63,804 nucleotides of DNA from Thermodesulfobacteriota bacterium (lineage in GTDB: Bacteria; Desulfobacterota; Desulfomonilia; UBA1062): NCBI GenBank assembly GCA_034716155.1, contig JAYEFR010000095.1, forward strand, positions 1 to 63,804, given 5' to 3'. Shown one piece after another: positions 48,429 to 57,376 of the stretch (position 1 is the first letter of the stretch; every line of letters begins with the position of its first letter). Under the pieces are notes generated by a model. The model did no database searches. It was not told the DNA's origin and saw only the letters and a list, made by a program, of their open reading frames with translations. The position numbers were made by a program, and so were the translations under genes.

Positions 48429-48651
48429 CGAATTTTCTCCTTTCCTGCAATACTCTCCATATCTTTATTCGAAAGATATGTGAAAAAACTTTATAATAAA
48501 AGGGGATAATACTAAACGATAGTAAGAGATTGGCTCTTGGCCTCTTTTTAGATGAATCAAAATCAATCAGTATCTTGACGCATAACCATCTTTTGATCAT
48601 ACATGATATCAAAGAAGAAAGATTCCTGTCCCTTGATTAAGGAGGAAAATC

Positions 48652-49245
48652 ATGAAACGTGTATTTAAATACATTGGGAAGGGGCTATTAATCATTATAG
48701 TTGCTTTTGCTCTTGGGCTAGGTTCTTTGGTTGCATCAATATATATACAGGAAAAGGGCCCATGGAGGAAAGTAAGGAACGGCCCATGGGAAACCGGTCT
48801 GAACACCGGAAGTATAGAGGCCGGGCCGTATACCAGGGCAAAAGTAGCCCTGTTTGGAACATTGGCGCTCGATCCATCCGAGGTGGTTTATTACATTGCG
48901 TTTAATGATTCTACGGGCCAGCCGCTCGATTGCAGATGTAATTACAGGATTGAGGGTAAGGATCTTAGCACGCGCTGGTGGAGTGTTACTGTCTACAAAG
49001 ACTTTCACTTTATCCCCAATGATCAGAAACGATACTCGTATTCCAAGACCAACATTAGCAGTGATAAGGATGGACGATGGATAGTAAAATTGTCTTCGAA
49101 GCCCCAGGAGGGAAACTGGATTCCCTTAGGGGATAGGGAAGGGAGATTGATACTCGCTCTGAGACTATATAACCCTGATCCCTCAGCAATTGAAGGTCTC
49201 GATAGTATTGATCTGCCAGACATTATCAGGGAGGGATGCAGATGA
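48652..49245 (+). CDS. membrane-anchored DUF1214 domain protein
   Basis: 197 aa with an N-terminal TM. The pattern EVVYYIAFNDSTGQPLD...NYRI....LSTRWWSVTVY.......N...RYS....NISSDKDGRW..........NWIPL......L.LRLYNP fits DUF1214. Confidence 0.65.
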   Translation: MKRVFKYIGKGLLIIIVAFALGLGSLVASIYIQEKGPWRKVRNGPWETGLNTGSIEAGPYTRAKVALFGTLALDPSEVVYYIAFNDSTGQPLDCRCNYRIEGKDLSTRWWSVTVYKDFHFIPNDQKRYSYSKTNISSDKDGRWIVKLSSKPQEGNWIPLGDREGRLILALRLYNPDPSAIEGLDSIDLPDIIREGCR

Positions 49246-49802
49246 AAGGTTGGAAACAGGATATATTGGCAATACTTATTTTAGCTGTAGTAGTACATCT
49301 TATCGCGCTTTGGGCCATTCCACGTCTTATCGAGGGTATGGTCGAAAAAGGGATGTTAGCCAAGGAGAGATGCAAGCTGAACGCCATATGCTGCAGGGAC
49401 ATTAACGTGGCAGGCATAGATGAGATACCCATGGCCAACCCTGACTCCTTATTCTCGCGCTTGGTCTATGATGTGTCTAAAGAGCCGCTTCGCATACATT
49501 TAACCGTGCCTGATACTGGCATGTATTGGTCATTTTCATTATATGCTAGAAACCTGGATAATTACTATGTTTTGAATGATAGGCGCCTTAAATCAGAGTA
49601 TGGCTCAAGGGAGATGGAGATAGCCTTGGTAGGGCCGAAATCTCATTACAAAAAGACCTCGACAAACGAAGTGATGGTGGTATCGCCAAGCGATAGGGGC
49701 ACAGGTCTTATCCGGATGATAATTGCGGACAGATACAGCGCCAAGGGAATCGAAGAAATAAGAGAATTAAAAAAGGCACAAGAGCTGTCATACACTGAAT
49801 AA
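49236..49802 (+). CDS. membrane-anchored DUF1254-like protein
   Basis: 188 aa with an N-terminal TM. The pattern NPDSLFSRLVYDVSKEPLRIHLTVPDTGMYWSFSLY resembles the DUF1254 core. It overlaps the previous gene by 10 nt. Confidence 0.5.
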   Translation: MQMKGWKQDILAILILAVVVHLIALWAIPRLIEGMVEKGMLAKERCKLNAICCRDINVAGIDEIPMANPDSLFSRLVYDVSKEPLRIHLTVPDTGMYWSFSLYARNLDNYYVLNDRRLKSEYGSREMEIALVGPKSHYKKTSTNEVMVVSPSDRGTGLIRMIIADRYSAKGIEEIRELKKAQELSYTE

Positions 49803-49814
49803 CTGAATAAAGAA

Positions 49815-49904
49815 GGGGACAGATTGGTTCTTTCGCCTGAGCATAATCATTTCTGCAACGACAACATTATCACTGTAAATATCTAAAAAGATAAATCTGT
49901 CCCC
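49815..49904. terminator. long-range 11-bp inverted repeat between convergent genes (possible bidirectional terminator)
   Basis: GGGGACAGATT (49815-49825) pairs with AATCTGTCCCC (49894-49904). It is followed by TTTTGTT on the + strand and TTCTTTATT on the - strand. The loop is unusually long, at 68 nt. Confidence 0.35.
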
Positions 49905-49920
49905 TTTTGTTGTGGTTAGA

Positions 49921-50157
49921 CTAGCACTTTTTGCCCTTCCGACGCACCTCCCAATATAATCTTCCGATACATAGGAACACGGCCAGAATCAATAAACCGG
50001 CCATGAAGAGGGGTTCTGTGTTAAACTTTGTATCAACCCAGCGACCAACAAGGAGAAATAAAAGCGAGGAAATAACGATAGTAAAACCCCAGGCACTGAC
50101 CATAAATATCTGAAAGTTGTTTAATCTATCCTGGTCTCTTTTGTGTGCGATCATCAT
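49921..50157 (-). CDS. AtpZ / ATP-synthase gene-1 (PF09527-like) small membrane protein
   Basis: 78 aa with two TM helices joined by LLVGRWVDTKFNTEPLF, matching the G..LD....T.P pattern I recall for ATPase_gene1 proteins. An AAGGAGG RBS lies upstream. Confidence 0.5.
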   Translation of the reverse strand: MMIAHKRDQDRLNNFQIFMVSAWGFTIVISSLLFLLVGRWVDTKFNTEPLFMAGLLILAVFLCIGRLYWEVRRKGKKC

Positions 50158-50192
50158 TATTTATCCTCCTTAGTTTACATACTATCTTACCT

Positions 50193-50222
50193 GGAGGATG
50201 GGGAAAAAGATCCCCATCCTCC
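50193..50222 (-). promoter_or_regulatory. perfect 12-bp GC-rich hairpin between two small genes
   Basis: GGAGGATGGGGA-aaaaga-TCCCCATCCTCC has no U-run on the transcribed strand. It may be an attenuator, stabiliser or processing site, and one arm is SD-like GGAGGA. Confidence 0.5.
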
Positions 50223-50228
50223 AAACAC

Positions 50229-50504
50229 TCAGCTTACTAGGCTTTTGAGGGTATCTATAACCGGTGCGGTGAAAAGGGCTATAAGGATCGTGTAAAGTGC
50301 GAAGGAGCCAACTGCTTCACTGAGGTATATCTTGGGATATCTGTGTTTTAAAGAGGTGATAATCAGACCACCCATGATCAGGCATCCGAGGTGAAAGTAG
50401 GGGAAATTTCCGCCGGCAGTAGTGATGTATTCTGCATAACCAAATGATGCGGTTATTAATATAACAAAGACTGTCATCAAGAATGTTTGAAATGTCCTTT
50501 TCAT
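50229..50504 (-). CDS. small secreted/membrane protein, unknown family
   Basis: 91 aa with a signal-like N-terminus ending FGYA-EY, then two hydrophobic helices. An AAAGGAGGA RBS lies upstream. Confidence 0.5.
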   Translation of the reverse strand: MKRTFQTFLMTVFVILITASFGYAEYITTAGGNFPYFHLGCLIMGGLIITSLKHRYPKIYLSEAVGSFALYTILIALFTAPVIDTLKSLVS

Positions 50505-50557
50505 AATTTATATCCTCCTTTGTTGATTTTTTTATTTGCTCTACTGCTTTACAGTAA

Positions 50558-50573
50558 TGAAATAATCATGCCA
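50558..50573 (-). promoter_or_regulatory. weaker candidate sigma-54 promoter
   Basis: The minus strand reads TGGCATGATTATTTCA. The -24 element and spacing are correct, but the -12 is TTTCA instead of TTGCA. It lies about 55 nt upstream of the ATG at 50504. A 6-N7-6 palindrome, ATTGAAtgaaatgTTCAAT, sits at 50711-50729. Confidence 0.4.
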
Positions 50574-50807
50574 TCCGTCGCCAGCGGAACGGATTTATGG
50601 AAAACACCCATAACTCATTGATTATAAAACAATTTTCTCACGTCGCCCACGGGACTGAAAAAAATCAAGGATCAAAAAGACTAAAATTTTTAAAAGAAAC
50701 GTTTAGTGGCATTGAATGAAATGTTCAATTACTGATAAGATATGAGCACATTCTTATGGCCAAAAACATTTTTGATCAGACAGACTACGGATACCGTCAA
50801 CAGCCTT

Positions 50808-52187
50808 TCAGTCTTTCTCGAAGGGGATCGAGTACCTTTCTAATTTCCTCTCAAAGGTGGGTCGAGAGATCCCGAGGATTTCACAGATCTCCCCCTTATT
50901 TTTATTGGTCTCCCTTATGACTCTTCTGATATGTCTCTCCTCCACCTCGTCAAGGGTCGTAAACCTTCCGGATTCCATATGTGCGTCCTCTCCATGCTCT
51001 CCTTTTGCAACTTCGTCGGGGGCGATATCGAGAAGTTCAGGGAAGTCCCCCTTTCCGAGGATTTGCCCCTTGGCAACCACAGCAGCCCTGACCAGCAGAT
51101 TTTCCAACTCTCTGATATTCCCAGGCCAGCTATACTTAAGAAAGCTATCCATCACCTCATCGGATATCCCGGCTATTCGCTTGTGGAGATCTATATTTAT
51201 CTTGGCCAGAAGATAATCGATAAGGGGCTTGATATCTTCCTTTCTCTGCCTTAATGGAGGTATCTTTATGGATACGATATTCAGGCGATAAAACAAGTCA
51301 TCCCTGAATCTGCCTTCTTTTACCAGGGTTTTGAGATCCTTGTTAGTTGCGGCAATGATGCGTGCATTCACCCTTACTTTGTCTTTGCCGCCAACCCTTT
51401 CAAACTCCATCTCCTGAAGTACCCTTAGGAGCTTGGCCTGAAGGTTTACGGACATCTCGCTGATCTCGTCTAAAAAGACAGTGCCATAGCGGGCAAGTTC
51501 GAACTTGCCCAGTTTTCTGCTGATTGCACCGGTAAATGAACCCTTCTCATGACCGAAGAGTTCCGATTCAAGCAATGTTTCTACAATGGCAGAACAGTTA
51601 ACCGCAATATAGGGCTCATTTTTTGCGGTGTTGTTATGGATAACCTTGGCAATTAGCTCTTTGCCTGTTCCGCTCTCACCCTCGATAAGCACCGTTGTCC
51701 TGCTTTGAGAAACGATTCCTACCGTCTTGAATATCTCTCTCATCTCTGTTCCGGTGCCAATAATATCCCCCACCTTGAAATCGCGTGAGGGCTCCATGAG
51801 GAGCCCATCTATCTTCTTTTCCATCTCAATGGTATTTATCGCCTTCTTGATTGCTATATCGAGTTCATCAATATCCACAGGCTTATGAATATAGTCAAAT
51901 GCCCCTTCCTTCATAGCCCTGATAGTGGACTCCATATCATGGTGGGCGGTAATCATTATTACCTTTACGTTCTCATCCTCTTTTATCAAATCCTCGAGGA
52001 TGGTGAACCCGTCTACATCGGGAAGCCTGATGTCAAGTATGACCACATCCGGAGATGCTTCAACAAACCTTCCTAGACCGTCTGTGCCGGTCAGGGCGGT
52101 ATATACCTTATATCCTTCTTCAGTAAGATAGAGATCAAGTGTTTCGCAAATAGAACTGTCATCATCGATAACAAGGATTTTTGACAT
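50808..52187 (-). CDS. sigma-54-dependent response regulator (NtrC family)
   Basis: I moved the start to ATG 52187 (MSKILVIDDD) behind GAGGGA. It has REC, AAA+ (GESGTGKE, GSFTGA, VFLDEISE) and a C-terminal HTH. Confidence 0.9.
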   Translation of the reverse strand: MSKILVIDDDSSICETLDLYLTEEGYKVYTALTGTDGLGRFVEASPDVVILDIRLPDVDGFTILEDLIKEDENVKVIMITAHHDMESTIRAMKEGAFDYIHKPVDIDELDIAIKKAINTIEMEKKIDGLLMEPSRDFKVGDIIGTGTEMREIFKTVGIVSQSRTTVLIEGESGTGKELIAKVIHNNTAKNEPYIAVNCSAIVETLLESELFGHEKGSFTGAISRKLGKFELARYGTVFLDEISEMSVNLQAKLLRVLQEMEFERVGGKDKVRVNARIIAATNKDLKTLVKEGRFRDDLFYRLNIVSIKIPPLRQRKEDIKPLIDYLLAKINIDLHKRIAGISDEVMDSFLKYSWPGNIRELENLLVRAAVVAKGQILGKGDFPELLDIAPDEVAKGEHGEDAHMESGRFTTLDEVEERHIRRVIRETNKNKGEICEILGISRPTFERKLERYSIPFEKD

Positions 52188-52222
52188 AATAGTATCCCTC
52201 AATATAAGATGGCAGCCATGTG

Positions 52223-54829
52223 TTATTCGCTCATGGCCGTATGTACCTTCATATCTTGCTGGCTTATTGGAAGAGTTACTATAAACTTTGTCCCCTCTCC
52301 CTTAACACTTAAGATCTCTATCATACCCCCATGCTGTTCTATGATCTTTTTGACCTGCGAGAGCCCCAGGCCGGTACCATACCTTTTTCTGGTAAAGAAC
52401 GGGTTGAACAGATGCGGCAGGTCTTTCTTATCTATACCGCACCCATTATCCTCAATCTCAATTATTATTGATTCATGGCTGGCCCGGTTCGTGGATATCA
52501 AAAGGTTTCCTCCTGTGTTCATGGCATCAATGGCATTGCGATAGATGTTTAAAAATGCATGTTCCAACATCGCGGAATCAACCTCGATAGTCGGCATATC
52601 TTCCTCAAATCTTGTCTGGACATGGATATGTTTATCTAATATTGATTTTTCCACCAGTGCAAAGGCATGTTCAAGAATCTTTTTTATATTAGAAGATGCC
52701 TTTTGGGGTTCTGCAGGCTTGGCAAAAATGAGGATATCATTGACGATTTTTTCGAGGTGCTCGACCTCTCTTTGGGCGATCTTAAATCTTTTCAAATCAT
52801 TGCCTGCTGGCTGTATGCGTTTTTCTAAAATTTTTAGGCTCATCTTGATGGAAGATAAAGGGTTTCTCACCTCGTGGGCAATACCTGCAGACAACTGTCC
52901 GACTGCAGCAAGTTTCTGGCTCTCGTAATACTTTTTTTCTAAGCTCTTAAACTCTGTAATATCCCGCTGGACAAGGACATAACGGTCTGCCCCTTTTACA
53001 GGGCACGGGGTTATTAATAAGCTTCTTCTTGAGCCATCCCGCGCCGTTGCTTCAAGCTCCCAGGGCAAAAATATGCCTTTCTTCGCATCCGCCCATTTTC
53101 TTAGAACAAGTTCTCTGTTTTCAGGGTCAGCGAACTCTGTGAAGTGTTTGCCCTTGATCCCCTTGGAGACCACCCCTTCTCTTTTCATATCCTTACTCAC
53201 ATAATTGATGATCCCGTCACTGCTAAGATCAAATATCTTATCCGGCAGGCTGTCAACAATAGACTGGAGATAATTGTAGAGTCCTTCTATCTCTTTTCTG
53301 AGATTGATATTCTCCGCCAGCTCATTTTTGAGTGTCTCGGCATATTCCCTTAAATTATGGGCCATTTCGTGTTCTTTTGACACATCCTGAATGGTCTCAA
53401 TGGCTGATATTATCTCACCCTTCTCATCATAGATCGGGGCAGCTAAGAAATAGAGATAACGGTCTTTTCCTCCCAGATTCTTAAAAAAATCCCTCGCTTC
53501 ATAGGCACCTTCTAGTGTTTCCGATCTTTTTACCCTCTTGGCGCCATAATATTTTATAAGGTCTTCAATATCGTAATCAATGATAATGTCGGCAATAAGT
53601 GGACGTTTTTCACTGTAAAACGGTTTATAATGATTGTCTGTAGCGATCATATCTTTTACATCATAACCTGTCAGTTCAGCGCATGCCTTATTCCAGAAAG
53701 TGACCTTGTGTTCTCTGTTAATAACGAATGTGGGCACGGGAGAACCTTCGGTAATTCCCTCAACGGTTTTTTTCTCTCTGAGGAGCTTTCCTTTCCAGTC
53801 GTCTCTTTCCTTGAGCCTTTTAAGCTCTTCTTTACGGCGCAATCGCCTCACACCTGAATGGGCAATTGCCATACCCGTGATGATGACTGCTACAATAAGG
53901 CCGGCGGCCCCTAGAATAATGCTTACAAAGGCCTTCCTAATCAGTGCAATAACCGTATTATAGGGGGTAGCGATGGCAACAGACCATATATTTGAGCCCA
54001 CATGAATCGGGGCATAGGCAATAATACTTTTTTGGGCCTTCCCTTTGTTATTCCTTAATACATATTCTCCATACCCCTTTTTTCCCTTAAGCAGGAGTTT
54101 TTTGAGAGACACTCCGGTATTGGCTGCAATAAGTTTCACACTACTTCCAATTAAATCCGGGTTTGGATGAGAGATGAACACGCCATTCTCATCAATAATC
54201 CATGGACGGGATGATTCAATCTCACCCACTTGACGCACGTAGCGGTCCATTATTGACTTCAGAGAAAGTGTTGCAAGAACTAAGCCTGCAAACTCACCTT
54301 TTGCATTTAGTTCAGGGATAGCGATCACAATCGAGTTGATCCGGGGTTTCCCCTCTTCATCCTGTTCTGTTTTCGGCAGGATCAGGTTGCTGATATAAGG
54401 TTCCTTTGTTTTTTTTATTTCCTGTAAAGAGAAATACCCCCCAAGGTTTTTACCCGCGATCTTCTTCAAGGGGGAAGGCGGATAACTACACAGGATGAGA
54501 CCTTTTTCATTCAGTCTTGCAATGAATTGAATCTTTCCTTCCATGGTGTCATAGAGGGTCTTTATGCTTTCTTCGGACTTTATCCCATCCTCAGCGGGAA
54601 GCCTGGATAGTATGATCATGCTTTTTTCGGCACTGATAATGAGGTCTTCAATTACGGCTGCCGCACCACTGGCAATGGTTGCTTGTTGTCGGCTGAATTG
54701 CTCCACGATACCTTTCTCCTGTGCATGATTGATGGTTAGAGCAAGCAGAATAATCAATATGACAACGGCTGACGTCGCCAGCCAGGTGGAGACCCTCACA
54801 TTGGTTTTGAAATAGCCTTTTTTCATCAC
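52223..54829 (-). CDS. transmembrane Cache + PAS sensor histidine kinase
   Basis: 868 aa with TM, a ~270-aa periplasmic Cache-like domain and a second TM. It then has two PAS units, the H-box AGIAHEVRNPL, the N-box RNAIDAM, and the G-boxes DNGCGI and GTGLGL. Confidence 0.88.
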   Translation of the reverse strand: MMKKGYFKTNVRVSTWLATSAVVILIILLALTINHAQEKGIVEQFSRQQATIASGAAAVIEDLIISAEKSMIILSRLPAEDGIKSEESIKTLYDTMEGKIQFIARLNEKGLILCSYPPSPLKKIAGKNLGGYFSLQEIKKTKEPYISNLILPKTEQDEEGKPRINSIVIAIPELNAKGEFAGLVLATLSLKSIMDRYVRQVGEIESSRPWIIDENGVFISHPNPDLIGSSVKLIAANTGVSLKKLLLKGKKGYGEYVLRNNKGKAQKSIIAYAPIHVGSNIWSVAIATPYNTVIALIRKAFVSIILGAAGLIVAVIITGMAIAHSGVRRLRRKEELKRLKERDDWKGKLLREKKTVEGITEGSPVPTFVINREHKVTFWNKACAELTGYDVKDMIATDNHYKPFYSEKRPLIADIIIDYDIEDLIKYYGAKRVKRSETLEGAYEARDFFKNLGGKDRYLYFLAAPIYDEKGEIISAIETIQDVSKEHEMAHNLREYAETLKNELAENINLRKEIEGLYNYLQSIVDSLPDKIFDLSSDGIINYVSKDMKREGVVSKGIKGKHFTEFADPENRELVLRKWADAKKGIFLPWELEATARDGSRRSLLITPCPVKGADRYVLVQRDITEFKSLEKKYYESQKLAAVGQLSAGIAHEVRNPLSSIKMSLKILEKRIQPAGNDLKRFKIAQREVEHLEKIVNDILIFAKPAEPQKASSNIKKILEHAFALVEKSILDKHIHVQTRFEEDMPTIEVDSAMLEHAFLNIYRNAIDAMNTGGNLLISTNRASHESIIIEIEDNGCGIDKKDLPHLFNPFFTRKRYGTGLGLSQVKKIIEQHGGMIEILSVKGEGTKFIVTLPISQQDMKVHTAMSE

Positions 54830-54897
54830 TTGATCTTATTTTTATCCATAGGCCTCTTGCGAACAGGAGAGACCCATGGCCTTAAAGAATATGTTCA

Positions 54898-55071
54898 TCA
54901 TGCCTTATTTTTTTTCTTACCTTCAGATTCTTTAATAGCGATTAACACATAAATAGCTATAGCAGCACCTAAAGAAACGAGAAGGGTAACCAATCCGCTT
55001 TGGATTCCAATAACCCACTTGCAAACAAGCCAGGCAACCAGGTAGGTCGCTACAGTTAATATCTCCCTCAT
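54898..55071 (-). CDS. possible 57-aa two-TM membrane peptide upstream of the kinase
   Basis: It falls below the ORF-track cutoff. ATG 55071 has an AAGAGG RBS 7 nt upstream. My hand translation is MREILTVATYLVAWLVCKWVIGIQSGLVTLLVSLGAAIAIYVLIAIKESEGKKKNKA. Confidence 0.35.
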   Translation of the reverse strand: MREILTVATYLVAWLVCKWVIGIQSGLVTLLVSLGAAIAIYVLIAIKESEGKKKNKA

Positions 55072-55195
55072 TATTTAGCCTCTTAAAAGATACGATCTCT
55101 TAATAGATTATATAATCCCACCCCGAAATTCTAATGTCTTAATACTACAGGCCTTAGCCTTAATTTTCAATAAAAATCATATAACTGTTCAAACG

Positions 55196-55214
55196 TGGAC
55201 AGTTCAGATGTCCA
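55196..55214. promoter_or_regulatory. candidate enhancer palindrome
   Basis: TGGACA-gttcaga-TGTCCA is a perfect 6-N7-6 inverted repeat in the divergent spacer, about 280 nt upstream of the -24 element. Confidence 0.3.
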
Positions 55215-55482
55215 AGGTACGAAGGCAATAGAGGGGCAAGGAATAAAAAAAGGGGACGTGCAGAGATTGTAAAATAAGTCTTAGCATCGTGATACCTTTA
55301 GCACCCGATGAGTTACCCAATATTTTGATCTTCATGCTTCACTTTTTGTTCAATTTATCAGGCCAATTGAATAAAATGTTAAACGATATTGCCCCCAAGT
55401 ACGGGTATCTCTTGTTGGGAAATGAAGTGATAACTAAGTGATTATATAGTGTTAGCGCAAAGGCTTCTTCCTGGGATATAAA

Positions 55483-55498
55483 TGGCATATCTGTTGCA
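55483..55498 (+). promoter_or_regulatory. candidate sigma-54 (-24/-12) promoter
   Basis: TGGCATATCTGTTGCA matches TGGCAC-N5-TTGCA at every position except the C-to-T in the -24 element. It lies 105 nt upstream of the ATG at 55604. Confidence 0.6.
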
Positions 55499-55603
55499 GA
55501 GATAAATTGTAGTTGTGAGAGCGAGTACATTTTCTAAAAAGACATTAATGTGTACCATCAGGTACTAATTAAGATATAGATTAACTAGGAAAGGAGAAAA
55601 AAG

Positions 55604-55978
55604 ATGTTACGGGAATTTGAAAGGATGTTATTATTCCTACTTGCAGTAGTAGCGATTTTGTTGGTATTTTCACCAGGTGTGTTTGCCGCGGAAGCCATTC
55701 CAACAGATGATTCTTATATAAAGGTCATCTTCTCCGTGGGTGCCATGATCGGAGCTGGATTGGCAATGGGCTTGGGGGCTATCGGCGCTGGCGCAGGTAT
55801 AGGTCAGGCTGCAAGCGGAGCATCCGAGGCAGTCGGAAGGAACCCGGGGGTTCAGGGAAAGATTATGATGACCATGATGGTTGGTATGGCCATGGCAGAG
55901 TCAATTGCAATATATGCCCTGGTTATTTCGCTTATCCTTCTATATATGAATCCCTACAAGACCTTTCTTTTTGGTTAA
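55604..55978 (+). CDS. atpE: F-type ATPase subunit c homolog with N-terminal signal/TM extension (Na+-type ion-site signature)
   Basis: 124 aa. The C-terminal ~85 aa align by eye with the Ilyobacter/Propionigenium c-subunit (GIGQAASGASEAVGRNPG...MVGMAMAESIAIYALVISLILLYMNPY). Gln in GIGQ, Glu-Ser in AES and Tyr in IY correspond to the Na+ ligands. The first ~40 aa are a hydrophobic helix ending VFA-AEA. Confidence 0.8.
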   Translation: MLREFERMLLFLLAVVAILLVFSPGVFAAEAIPTDDSYIKVIFSVGAMIGAGLAMGLGAIGAGAGIGQAASGASEAVGRNPGVQGKIMMTMMVGMAMAESIAIYALVISLILLYMNPYKTFLFG

Positions 55979-56048
55979 TTGATTGTTAATTAATTATTGT
56001 ATTATGTAGTTAACACCAAAATTAACAAAAGTTAGGGGAGAGTAGACA

Positions 56049-57365
56049 ATGGCGGATACTAAAGAAGGTAAACGGATTTTCACGGTGGCAAGAGTATTTT
56101 TCCTGCTTATCGTCATCCCCTTATTACTGACAGTCTTTCTGATCTCCACCAGTATTATTCAATTAGGGGGCACATCTAAGAGAGGGGCGATTACTGTTTT
56201 GGATCGGAAATCCAAGGAAGAAATTCTGACACGGGCCACTGCTGTAGCCGAAAACGTTGCCGATTTTATCGAAGAAAGAAAAAGGGATATGTTGATTTCA
56301 ACAATTCTGCCGACAACAGCTGCAGCATATAAAGAGTTTATCGACAAGAATAAGCAGGCCCTCTGGGTTAAGAAGAATGGGAATATCGTCAAGGTTTTTG
56401 AACCCTTATATGTGGAAATGTCACTGATAGACAAGACAGGGAAGGAAATCATTAAAATAGCTGATGGCAGGGTCGAACCAAAGGCGAAGTTGGTGAATGT
56501 CAGAGACCCCGAGAACACCACTTACAAATCAGAAGATTATTTTTCAAAGGCAAAAAACCTCAACAAAGGTGAGGTTTATATATCCCGTGTTACCGGCTGG
56601 TACGTAAACAAGGCTGATTTTGAAAAGGGGGGACGGTTTAAAGGTATTATTCGCCTTGCAACGCCACTATTTAATAAGGATGGATTTGCAGGGACCATCA
56701 CCCTTGCTCTTGACGCAAGATACCTTGCAAAGTTTACTGACACAATTATACCAACCCAGGCCGGTCATATTCTAGAAGCGGATGCATCAACGGGAAATTA
56801 CACCTACATGGTTGACAACCAAGGGTTTGTTATCTCTCATCCAAATGATTATCATATAGCGGGTCTTTACAAGGATGGAACTCCAGTCCCACCTCTTAGG
56901 GATGAAATTGTTGATGAAATGACTAAGAAAGGGGAAGAGGTCTTAAATCTTAATCTACTTGGTTCTATGGATCCTGGCTTGCCGGAGGTTGCAAAGGACG
57001 CAGCTGCCGGACATTCAGGCATCAAGACCTATAAATTTGGGGGGCATACCAAGGTTGTGGCCTACTCCCCAATACAGTTTTACTCTAAAGACTTTCCGGC
57101 GCCAGCCGGATTTGGATGGGTCGGAATGGGGATAGACGTAGACAAGTTCAATGAACAGGCAACAGAGACTTCCCAACAAATAGAGAAAGAAGCACAGACA
57201 TGGATAACGACGGTAGTTTTGATCCTTATCATTGCCATTGTACTGCTCTTCATCATCTCCGCCATCCTTGCAAAAGGGATCAATCGTTCTATTGAGGCGG
57301 AGGTCCCGCCAGAGGCCGAGGAGGCAGGTCGTCATTACGATGATGAAGTTCAAGAGGATCAATAG
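56049..57365 (+). CDS. Cache-like extracytoplasmic sensor domain protein without output domain
   Basis: 438 aa with TM1 (FFLLIVIPLLLTVFLISTSII) and a ~340-aa extracytoplasmic region with Cache-like strings (YISRVTGWY..., GTITLALDARYL, YTYMVDNQGFVISHPN, VVAYSPI). TM2 follows, then only ~35 acidic residues after a HAMP-like start, AKGINRSI. Confidence 0.6.
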   Translation: MADTKEGKRIFTVARVFFLLIVIPLLLTVFLISTSIIQLGGTSKRGAITVLDRKSKEEILTRATAVAENVADFIEERKRDMLISTILPTTAAAYKEFIDKNKQALWVKKNGNIVKVFEPLYVEMSLIDKTGKEIIKIADGRVEPKAKLVNVRDPENTTYKSEDYFSKAKNLNKGEVYISRVTGWYVNKADFEKGGRFKGIIRLATPLFNKDGFAGTITLALDARYLAKFTDTIIPTQAGHILEADASTGNYTYMVDNQGFVISHPNDYHIAGLYKDGTPVPPLRDEIVDEMTKKGEEVLNLNLLGSMDPGLPEVAKDAAAGHSGIKTYKFGGHTKVVAYSPIQFYSKDFPAPAGFGWVGMGIDVDKFNEQATETSQQIEKEAQTWITTVVLILIIAIVLLFIISAILAKGINRSIEAEVPPEAEEAGRHYDDEVQEDQ

Positions 57366-57376
57366 ATTAAAGAAAA

